Part shown: one piece after another, positions 52,301-62,778 of the stretch
Layout: every line of letters begins with the position of its first letter
Numbering within the stretch: position 1 is the stretch's first letter
NCBI GenBank assembly: GCA_964658305.1
Contig: OZ210885.1
Span: forward strand, 19,530,001 to 19,594,000
Reading direction: 5' to 3'
Length of the DNA: 64,000 bases
From: Leptogorgia sarmentosa
Taxonomy: Eukaryota
Program-made: the position numbers and the translations under genes
Notes under the pieces: generated by a model
Seen by the model: only the letters and a program-made list of their open reading frames with translations
Told to the model about the DNA's origin: nothing
The model's database searches: none

Positions 52301-53976
52301 TATTTATGGCGATCACACATCAATGATGCAAGCAATGTTCAGAATGCTAGCTCTAATAGACTGTTAGGGTTAGTGTTTACTATGCTATTACTAATAGTAT
52401 AGTAAACACTAACCCTAACAGTAAACCTTCACCCTAACTGGCGTGCTGTTGCTTTTCAAAGAACGGGACATAAACACAATATGCGCACTGAATCGCATTT
52501 TTAATTATTATGTTGAGCTTGCGATTAAATAACGAGATATAAACGTGGTAAACTTAATCGGTAATAATTTTCACTTCGTATGATCGTACACGAAGAACGA
52601 AGGCTGTCACACGCTGCTTTCTGAATACTCGGGTATATCACATTTCACTTCGTGTCATCGTATTACGAAAAAATGTATCTTGCCCAGGCTTTTTAAAAAC
52701 TCGGATACATTACATTACGTGATCATTTTGACTTCGTATCATCGTATCATGATAACAAGTCACTGTTTCAAAAGTGGACAGGTATTCTATAACCCAGCCG
52801 GGATTTTAAAGTTTGAGCGCAACGCCAGCACATTTCCTTGCGATAGTAACTCCTTGTATATCATTATTTTATACAATCTACAGACCCAATTGTTTTTGAA
52901 CAGTCAATTGTTTTTACTCGTTTCTAGGCACTTTCTTCCTTGAATTTGATTAATTTTTTGTGACATTAATTTTTTGATGACCTTACCGACGTTCAAGTCG
53001 TGAGTCAATAGCAACTTCCTCGACCTCATTCGACTCAGGTACCTGCTCTTCTGCTTTGATTGGATGCAGCCATTTCTCCCTTGAGATAATTCGTTTCTGC
53101 TTTTTCCTACATGTGCTACAAATACCTACAGATCAATAAAGACAATTTACATCCCTGATATTTATTCCTAAATGACTGGCGTATAACGAGGAAGGCAAAC
53201 CTAAAAGCCTCAAGTGATTTGCTCTACCCATAGGGAGACAACTATCCTCAGCTACAAACATAACATAGGTGAGTATTTGTGTGCTGGAAAGTCAAAATGA
53301 ATGAACTTAAAGGCAAGTGCCAAGGGCAACTATAGCATACAGACCCTCAAAGGACTAAGGTAGTTGGTAATGAAAACATTCACCACACACTAGACCGTGC
53401 AATCAAGATTAATCGGAATTCCTTTTGACAATAGTAATATATTCATAGCGGACCCCTTTCCACACAATGCTCTGGGCCCAGGGCGAGAGGTTGAAAGGTG
53501 GTCGTGTGTCGCAGATGAGGGGAGGTGGGTGGGTTGATTTCTCGTGTTATTAGCCTCCTTCTAGCGGGAACACCGTGAAATGGCGAAAAACTGTGCTGAA
53601 TGTCGCCTTTTATATGATTTTCTCGGTCGTTTATTATTGTTACGTCATATGCTAATGTTTACACTTGAAATACTTAGTTAATTACATGCGCTCAGGCAAA
53701 ATGCGGAAATGGCTCCACTGTGAATAGTAATATATTCATAGCGGACCCCTTTCCACACAATGCTCTGGGCGAGGGTGTATTAAGATTGGGGTAACACGCG
53801 AATTTGTAACCCTCGGCAATAGTTATACTCAGGCTGATACCCATCCCAATACCCCTGAACACACTAGATTAAACTGCAAACACGCCGCTTTCTCCAAAAC
53901 TCAGAAAACCAAGCAAAAAAAAAACACAGAAATGAATAAACTTTATTAAAGTATGATGTAGCGGAAAGCGCGAAAA

Positions 53977-54896
53977 TTATGTGAATGCGGGTTTGAAATC
54001 TTGAAGGTAGTTACGTGTTTGGAATTGTTGTCCCAAACGCGCTGCCTCTGGTGGTGCGTGTGGGGATGGTGAAGAAACGCCTTTCGCCATGACGCCGGCT
54101 ACTTTTGTAATGTTCATTACTCTGTCCGTCTGCGAGTAGTATACAGCGATTTGAGGGTTCTTCCAACCAACGTGTTGTGCGATCTCCTGTGTTGAGACGC
54201 TTAGAAGAGACAGCGTGATGGAGCATCCCGAGCGAAAGCTGTGCATTGTTTCGCCTTCGTGGAGCCCGCAGGCAGTTAGGTGTTTTTTGAGAGCGTGGGC
54301 GACAGCGGAGCGTTGAAATGGGGCGTTTATGACGCATCCTCGATTGTTCGTGGGGCGGAATAAATATCCCTGGTTGAGGTGAATGCCCATTCTTTTAGAT
54401 AGAGTAACGTAGAGTCGGAGATTTGTCACCGGACAGACCGCTTGGTTTGCGCACTCTTTAAGGGCAAACACGTTTTCTCCCTGGCCGCGAAGGGTTTTGC
54501 CAAACGTTTGGCGGAAGAGGAGACCGTTGCCTTCGGGGAGTTGCAAAATTTCACAAGTTTTAATTCTACCTAGATCAGATGCCCGATCACCGGAAAAAAA
54601 AAAAATCGACACACACAAAAGCTAGGTCTCGGAAAAATCGGTAACGCTCTACGGGACTAAGTGAAGGCGTGAGAGCGTAGGTAGCGACATAAGGTTTCGA
54701 ATTTATTGAACAGGATTGGCTTTGCTTGTTTAGGTGTCACTTTAGCTTGTGTCTGCTCCTCTCGAATCGACATAAGGTAGTGTTTCAAGACGGGGTGAGT
54801 CGCAGGATTTCCGCTTCCGAGTGAGTCGTGTGTGCCTGAACGGCCGACGGCGGTAAAAAATGCACGCAACTTTCCAATATAACTGTCCACTGTTCT
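53977..54896 (-). pseudogene. Tyrosine recombinase (C-terminal part) of element 2
   Basis: 'TVDSYIGKLRAFF', 'SGDRASDLG', 'GKTLRG', 'HSFRSG', 'HVGW', 'YYSQ'; homologous to the YR of element 1. Confidence 0.9.
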
Positions 54897-54919
54897 CCCG
54901 CAGGGAATTGTCAGGTGTG

Positions 54920-55960
54920 AGGTGAAATTCTATAGCAATACCATCACACAATAGCTATAAACATGAATGAATTCTAATAGATGCCGTCACATAGCAGCAA
55001 TTAAATGTGAGTAAATTCTATGTAACACTTTGATCCATAACGAGACCGTCGCACAGCAGTTATTGAACGTGAGTAAAATTTGTTCTGCGATAAAGGCGAG
55101 ATACAGCTGCCATTTAGTGTGAGTAAATTCTACAGTAAAGTCGTCACATAACAGCATTTAAGGTTGGGTAAACGGCCCGATAAATCCGACAGTATGATGC
55201 CGTCACACAGCAGTCAATAAATATGAGCAAATTATATAGATATGTCATATGTGGTCACCCAGCAAACATATAAACATGAGTAAATCGATTCTATATCAGT
55301 GCTGTCACACAGCAGCCATCAAAGGTGAATGAATCTTGTAGTGTCGTCACGCAGCAGTCGTCAAAAGTGAGTAGAAATCTCATAATTATGCCGTCACACA
55401 GCAGCGATTTTGAGGAAATTATGATATTGCTGTTACGTAGCAACCAGTTATACGAAAAATAAAATGGATATCTAAATGTCAGTGCCGTCACACAGCAGCC
55501 ATCAAAAGTGAGTAGAACTCATAATGCCGTCACACAGCAGCGATTTTGAGGAAATTATGATATTGCTGTTACGTAGCAACCAGTTAGACGAAAATAAAAT
55601 TGATATCTAAATCAGTGCCGTCACACAGCAGCCATCAAAAGTGAGTAGAACTCATAATGCCGTCACACAGCAGCGATTTTGAGTAAATTATAATATTGCT
55701 GTTACATAGCAAACAGACGAAAATAAAATTGATATCTAAGTATCAGTGCCGTCACACAGCAGCCATCAAAAGTGAGTAAATCTTGTAGTGCCGTCACACA
55801 GCAGCCATTTTGTGAGTAAATTCTATAGTAATATTGTCACACTGCAGCCATTTAATGTGAGTTGAGTTAATTCTATATAGTATAGTGCCGTCACACAGCA
55901 GCCATGGGTAATGAATAAGTTCTATAATAATGCGGTCACACAGAGGTGTGAGTAAACTGT
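54920..55960 (-). repeat. Array of about 22 degenerate units (modal period about 43 nt; core TGCTGTGTGACGGCA on the sense strand) with a higher-order triplication of about 133 bp
   Basis: GCCGTCACACAGCAGC...GTGAGTAAA recurs at e.g. 54983, 55199, 55390, 55484, 55526, 55617, 55659, 55748, 55790, 55887. Confidence 0.9.
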
Positions 55961-56744
55961 ACGAGTAGGCTAATGCCACATCGGCAACATTTGTTCAAAG
56001 GGTATGCAGATTGAGACAGGCTGGGAGCGCGCGAGGTAAGATGGCTGATTCTTCGGTACGAATGAAACTGAACCGAGCTGGAGGAAAGACATGATAAGAT
56101 CCAGTTAAAGGTACCATGATAACAAAATACATAGTATAGATAACAATTCGCAATACAAATAGACAAGAATATGCTACGGCTAAAATAGCAGCGGCGCGGC
56201 CGGACACTATCATATGGTAGGGGAATACAACTAATACTAAATAGGCATGCAGTGACAAAACTGGAAAGTAACCCAACCCGGGGCATTATCCAGTCTGTAA
56301 GCCGAAATGAACCCCCTGAACAAACGAGAAACTCCGTCGAAGACAGTGTATAAGGCGTATTTAGAAAGCCCCTCTCATTGAAAAAGAGAAAACTTAACGA
56401 CACCTAACAGCCAGGATAAATAAAAGGAGAGATATGAACGAAGCCCGGGGGAAATATCCAGCCTAATGCAAGCGAAATGAAACTCCGAGGAGTAGGACTA
56501 TTGCCGACGACAGAAAGCGTACTAAGAAATACCCTTAGGTGACCAGAGTAAATAAGTGAAAATACTGAAGACAAACAACCGCCTGGATATGTGAGGTATA
56601 CTATAACGGTGCTAGGATACATAGGCGACTGCATTGATGATAGACAAGACAAAGACGAATACCGTTCCTAATTGCAGCTAGCAAACCGATGGCGAAAGCC
56701 AGGTATGAACATGGAGGCTATAAAGATGAAAGTAAAAAACCAAC

Positions 56745-56918
56745 CCGTGGTTGTGGGCCAGCTGGTGGCAAGACGGCTAGAGCGGCTGGTTGTTCGGCAA
56801 CCGGTTGAGGATTGTTATCAATCGGGTTCATATTAGCTTCGGGTTGTGCGGCTGCGAGTTCTTCAATGACTTGCAAGACATCAACTTGTTGAGGTTGAAC
56901 AGGAGGTTGGTCTGCCAT
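56745..56918 (-). CDS. Leader coding exon (58 codons, Pro/Gln/Ala-rich) of element 2
   Basis: 'MADQPPVQPQQVDV...PPAGPQPR', then a phase-0 GTTGGT donor and pyrimidine-rich non-coding sequence; same position as the leader of element 1. Confidence 0.6.
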
Positions 56919-58203
56919 GGCGGTTTACTGTGGCTCAGCTGCGACACACAGCATGTCCAGAACTTCTCGTGTTATTAGCCTCCTTCTAGCGGGAACACAG
57001 TGAAATGGCGAAAAACTGTGCAGAATGTCGCCTTTTATATGATTTTCTCGGTCGTTTATTATTGTTACGTCATATGCTAATGTTTACACTTGAAATACTT
57101 AGTTAATTACATGCGCTCAGGCAAAATGCGGAAATGGCTCCACTGTGAATAGTTCTTCATCCTGTGCTGTGATAATGTGATTTGCCAATGTTTTCAATCA
57201 CAATGTCGACATACTTCCGCGATCCAACTGCAATATGCGTCCGGTACAACTGCATCACGGTTTCTGCCATTACTGTTCCAACAGTCCCTCGGTCTTTAAC
57301 TTGCTTCGCCTTTCCAGTATGTGCAGGGTACTGGCAAGACCAGAATTTGCCAAGAGAATGTCTATAGCCAGGACAAATCCACATTTTTGCTATCTGATTT
57401 GCTGAGACTGTGTAGAATCCTGCTCGAGCAAGAATTAATTCATATTCCACAAGTTGTACCGACCCTAAGTGACACGATGACAAGATGATTTCTGATGTCA
57501 TCTTTACAGTCAATAAGTTGATATAATGCATAATTTCCCCAGGATTCACCACAAGTACCTTGACATTTCCCTTCTAAAAAGCAAGCCACCATCGTTGTTT
57601 CTTAAATAAATCTATGAATCAATTTGATGAATATAACTAACCAAGCAATGACCTAACCGGAAACGTGTGTGCAATACTAATTCGGTAAATTAAAACCTAA
57701 TAATATAAATTTTGAAGCAAACTATTAACGATTATAGTTTTTTTGAGTCTCCAATTTTTGCATTGGTGTTGCACTTTAGACTGCAAAACAGTAACAGAAT
57801 CGCTAAACGATTCTAGGGAACAAGATTTTGATCGGACTAGTTTTATCAAAACTGGAATATCTGCACACCTCAGAACATGTCAATTTAATGTATAGCTACG
57901 CGTATGTAAACAATAAGTACGAACGAACAACGAACAATAATATTACAATGTTTCACACATTTCTAGCAAACTTTTTGAAGTTAACTTTTATCAGCACCAC
58001 TTTGATTACAAATGTGTAGTATTCGGTATTCCTTGAAAATGAGTAAATCAGCAAATGGATCAAGTTGTGAAGTACTCGGTAAGTGGCAGCTCATGGTAGG
58101 CAATTGCACTGAAACTGCATATAAGATCAAAACAAGTTTATATTGAATCGACAAAAGCAAGGTACGTTTTGTTTTCTAACGTTTAATTGTCTCAATTACA
58201 ATT

Positions 58204-58709
58204 ATCAATTATTGGACGAGGTCGAGCAAAATATCGCGATTTGTCGGCGGCGAGCAGATCAATTATTTGCCGATGCCTGCGAGATCTCGTCCAATAATTG
58301 TTTTATTATTCACTTAGAAAGCATACTTAGCTACAAGGTAGACGTATACAACGAGCTTTACATACAAATTTTATTTCATAAAAAAATAATACTGGTTTAC
58401 AGAAAACACCTTTTAAATTTTTCTTTCTTTTAAATAATGCCGGAAGACACTGAGTGGCGGCCGTTTTGGTGGCTTTTTTTGTATCATCTGAATTTTTTTC
58501 CTCTAGTAAACAAGACAGCTCGTCTTCTGATAGTTCAGGAAAACGAGCCGCCATTGTTTACAAAAAAGTGACGCATTGCGCATGCTCAGACTATTATTTG
58601 CAGGTGAGCAACCTTTTTAACAAATGCGCATGCTCAGACTATTATTTGCACGCAGTTATTTGCAGGTAAATTGACCAATCAAAATTGAGAATACTATAAA
58701 GTGAATAAT
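58204..58709 (-). mobile_element. Non-autonomous Crypton derivative inserted in the right Sola3 TIR
   Basis: Absent from the left TIR (empty site AATT at 47725-47728); encodes Crypton-type N-terminus 'MAARFPELSEDEL..LLEEKNSDDTKKATK'; terminal ATCAATTATTGGACGAGG. Confidence 0.85.
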
Positions 58710-60399
58710 AATTCCGGTTATTTTTCGGTTGTCTGAATGATATCTTTCCGTTTAATGAGGCATTACAAAACGATGACACTGTTACACTATTTTGCAAATG
58801 GCGCGCACATAAGCCGTAATTAGGGACATCTTTATAGATTCCTGGCCACTAAATAAAAGCTTGACCACAAACTTTATCAGCGTATTTTAGTAGATATAGG
58901 CGTACTTAGTACCGTGCAAGAGCAATAATGAACTGTCAACGATCCACTTTCCAGAAAAATGACCCTATTTTCAGTGTACAAATTTGACTTGATATCCATC
59001 ATGGTCAACCACTGATTTTTATTTCGTGTTAAAAATGAAACAAATGTGACAGATTTCTTTATTCATATCAGTTTTTGTTAGCAATGTTCTGAATGGTCGG
59101 AAAAACCTATGGCACAATTTGAGGATAATTCCTTGAGTGATAATAGCTCCTTCAAAATTTTGCTAAAATTAGGCGGTAAAATGGCGGCATTACCAGCAGT
59201 GAATAGTAGGCATACTGAATGCGCTCTAAAACCGAAACAAAAGACTGTTTTGCAAAAACAAACCTGAATCACTTTATCAGGCTGGAATACCTTCTATTTG
59301 ACAAAAAATAAAGGATTGTTATATTTTTATTCGTATGACATGTGGGCGGTTTTTACAGAGACGGTCTCTTAACTTGACTAAAAAGATAATGCGCATCTCC
59401 ATGCGTTTTTCTGATGTTGTTTCTCTTTTTTGGCACCCTCGCTTCGACATAGCCTTTGTAGAGTTGGCTACTTGTTGCAGCTTTATTTGGGGCACAAAAC
59501 ATATATCTAACAGTGTTTATCGACAATCAATTTTCCCACAGTCCCGGAACTACAGTAAGTAGGTGGTTGTAAACGTCTTCAATCGAGACCCCAGCAGACA
59601 CTGCAGTCGATTCTCTTCTCCTGCTGTGAGCTGAATAACCATGTAATCTTATAAACTTCGTGTCCTATTCGACCATTTGAGTGAATTTACGAATTAGCGG
59701 TTTCCTTCCTCTTACATTGTATGGTCCAAAGGCTGGTTTTTTTGCAATGGGAGCATTTTCGGATGGAACAGGAACCTTTTTTGCCACTTTAGGAGACTCG
59801 TCATACAGCCCAATCTGCCAGATATTTATTATATTTGTGTTCTCATTATCGTCCGGATCATTAAAAAACTGCAGTACTTCAGTCACAAACTCCTTTTTTA
59901 GCTGTGATGTAATGCCCATCTGAGACATCAACAGGTCAACTGGCACTGAACTACAGCCTTCCAGTAGATGAGCCGATCATCTGGCCAACATCAAGTGAAG
60001 TTAGAGCCTCTGGAGCATGAACCGATTCAACTAAATTGGTGAAAGCATCTTCCCAGGTAAGGGAGACATCATTCATGCATTCAAAACTGGTTTTATTCGA
60101 CTTAAACTGAAGCATCACATACAAGTCTGATTTATTCTGCACTTAATATCCTGCAGAAGCTTTTTGTTTCATAGCAACTAGAAGACGTCTTAACACTCTG
60201 TTTTGCTTCCACATTTGCTGCAAGTTTTTCATAGCTGAGAGAAGCGGTTATGGCAATGGAACTTGCAGTCTGAAAAAGCGAGGCAATTTGTTTTTCCTGC
60301 TTTTGTATATCGAAAAGGCTTTCTTTTAACTTCGATTTTGCCTTAAACCATATACCTGTCTTTGTATAGGTTTCCTTTAGGATAGAGAACTCATGACAA

Positions 60400-62450
60400 A
60401 AGATCTCGTACACTTTTTGTTTTCCCAGGCCATAAAACGCACTTGTTGAATCACAACCGCTGATTGCGTGCAACGCTGGAAGAGCACTCGACATTTGTTC
60501 ACCAATCTTCTCGGAAATGTTTCGAATTGATAAAATTCTCTTTTTCCCTTTTGAGGCTATTTCAAGTAACAAGTTACAATGGATTTGTGGTTTGAAATAG
60601 ATGGCCAAGATTCCAACATCACTATCGACGGTTGATATACAAATATTTGGGTTCTGAAATCGGTGGGCAACATAGAAACATCTGTGCCAGCCTCCTCTTC
60701 CATACTGACAACAACTGAGTAACTTCTACTCTCAGCTGGTGACACTCGCTCTCCAATGTCAAGAACACTGTTCGATCTTCGATGATGTTTTTGAAGCGTT
60801 GGGGGTGGGACCAATCATTCAGGAAAAATCTTACCAGATCGACTTTGTTCACACCATCACTGAGATATTTCTTGGACTGCTTTGGTCATTTCTGATCTCT
60901 TCTCGTTAACTGGATCCTAATGCTTCCAGATGCAGCTCATCGTCGTCTTTCACTTCCTTTTAGACAATCATTAAGGTATTGGTCAGTAACAAAATATATT
61001 ACTTTACCAGGACGCGATGTAATCCGCTTAAGGACGTATTCTGACATTTCACCGAATGTTTCCAAACTCAAACATGTCAGCTGTTGAATAATAACCATGC
61101 CGTAAAATATTTGGCACACAGTTGTCGGGAGGAGTATCCACCAGTGAATCTTCTACTTCCTTCTCAATAGCATCAAGCATCTTGGACTTAACAGTTTTAA
61201 AAAGCTTCCATTCCATTCCGACCATGGAATAGGGCCCAAGGAGTATGTTAGGACTTCTTTCAGGTAACTTTGAACGTTAGTAAGTTTATCATAAAGTATT
61301 CTATTCGGTGCCAAGTCTTTTGTCACACTGTTTGCTTCTGACATTCCCAGAAACTCCTCTAACTTGGACTGGCACTTCATGGCTGCTACATGACTTGTTA
61401 CAGACCATCTCTGTACTGTTTTTTCATTCCAACATTTACTGCTGTGACCTTAATGGTAGATAATGGCTCGGGTTGATTTAATGCTACTCTTGAGGACTGT
61501 ATAACAATACCATTCGTGCAATGCAAACTTTGTCCTTTCAGGCTCTCAGGGTTGATATCATTGTTATCCCATACGAAGGTAACAAATCGAGATGGTTAAA
61601 TAATAGCCGGAGTAAATGATCGATGAACTTGATTTTTCAAATGCTCTAGTGCCAAATGCGTCTCCAGTATTAGAACATTGTCATACAAGACTCCATGACC
61701 AAACTTGTTCGTCCAATTAATGACAGCCTTTGAACCGGTCTTTCTTTTAATCGAGAAGGAGAATGTTGCATGTTTCGATGTTTTCTTACCATTGTTCGCA
61801 TGATAAATGAGATCTTGTCCAATTGAGGAAACCCAACATGATACTTTTGCCGATTTTGAGGGCTTTTTAGTTAGGAAGGATTTATGTCCGTTTTCTCCTC
61901 TAAGGTCGGTTCTTCCCATCTGCTTTTCTCTAGTTTGGCTTGAACTGCTACTTCAATCAGCTGTTCCTTTTCTACGGTATTATTATAGATGTATTCGCTC
62001 CCGGACCTCGGACACCAAAACCCAATTTTTGAACCAAATGACCTCTTAATCTTTCCTTTTAGCCTATGTGGAGGTGGCAATGTAATCTCAGATTTCTCAC
62101 CAAACAGTCGAATTTTGATATTCCATTGCAAGTATCGTCTGCCAATCACTACCAAGAACTTTTGCTTGCAAAAGTGAGTATTTGTCAGATGCAGCAGCTT
62201 TTTGCAATGTTCGAGCCCCGTTCTCGGTTTCACATTTCTCGAGCGTTTCATACCCACTACCAGACTTTGCAGTTTTTCTTTTCTCGCATATACAGCATTC
62301 CAAAATTCCAATTCCAAAACACACTTCAATGTTCTTTGCAAATGTCACACTTAAACAGACCATTGCAAATTCGCAAAATTGTTGTAAGATGGATAAGATT
62401 CTTGTAACTCTGTCTTTGACAATCTGTGTGAGCTTTTCTGATTAGGATGA
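60400..62450 (-). pseudogene. Academ transposase remnant
   Basis: 'FVWDNNDI', 'LTYSLGPIPWS', 'FVTDQY', 'NKVDLVRFF', 'LPALHAISGCDSTSAFYGLGK'; many frameshifts and deletions. Confidence 0.8.
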
Positions 62451-62778
62451 CAAAATTAAGATCAAGATGGTAACCATCGCAGCATCCAAGACATCAGCCA
62501 CTTATGGTTTTCTTTCCAGTTACAGTATTTTGAAGTATCATTGTGTATAGTGATGTCCATAGTACGATGGCCCGATGCAAACAAAATAAAACGTAGATGC
62601 ACACTCGTAAATGTAGTTGAAAACTTAATTAAAACTATAGATTTAACCCTGAATCTGTAATACAAAACAATATACGAAGACAGCGAGCCACTGAATTTTT
62701 AATCTTGTTTGGTGAAAGAAGACATTGCACATGCCACATATGCCATTGTAGGTCCTGTTTTAACAAATTTCAGGTGGA

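Larger units (their letters stand above)
53430..57153 (-). mobile_element. PAT-like DIRS element 2, internally deleted, with split direct repeats A1-ORFs-B1-A2-B2
   Basis: A1 56964-57153 and A2 53539-53728 (190 bp, near identical); B1 53723-53770 and B2 53430-53477 (48 bp, identical); YR remnant; gag body and pol missing. Confidence 0.93.
49379..57552 (-). pseudogene. Sola3 transposase, multi-exon, interrupted and internally deleted
   Basis: 'ELILARAG..ICP..RHSLG', 'REASQRKSLQGLDN', 'YLRSDEAGCYHNN', 'DFSEPQHGKHVCDR', 'MGWALQ'; deletion near 50630. Confidence 0.85.
47068..59368 (-). mobile_element. Sola3 DNA transposon with TIRs of about 1.1 kb, GAG...CTC ends and TTAA TSD, containing four nested insertions
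   Basis: TTAA at 47064-47067 and 59369-59372; left TIR 47068 to about 47910 plus 49173 to about 49408 mirrors right TIR of about 57766-59368. Confidence 0.92.
44618..60390 (-). mobile_element. Zator transposon split by a Sola3 insertion (pieces 44618-47067 and 59369 to about 60390)
   Basis: 'DHDFPVPGY', 'TDRGPDRNP', 'PGYSAYNSIEHLWS'; reading frame 'GDAHYLFSQVKYQRKMASMF' is restored across the TTAA target; end TTA|GGGAACGGTC at 44618. Confidence 0.78.

Noticed and set aside
55291..56652. Hydrophobic minus-strand ORFs in element 2
   Set aside because: They lie in T-rich intron-like and array sequence with no recognisable motifs.
53430..57153. Ngaro classification or ordinary LTR element
   Set aside because: The split repeats and YR rule out an LTR element; the homologous element 1 carries a methyltransferase domain and no SGNH hydrolase, favouring PAT-like.
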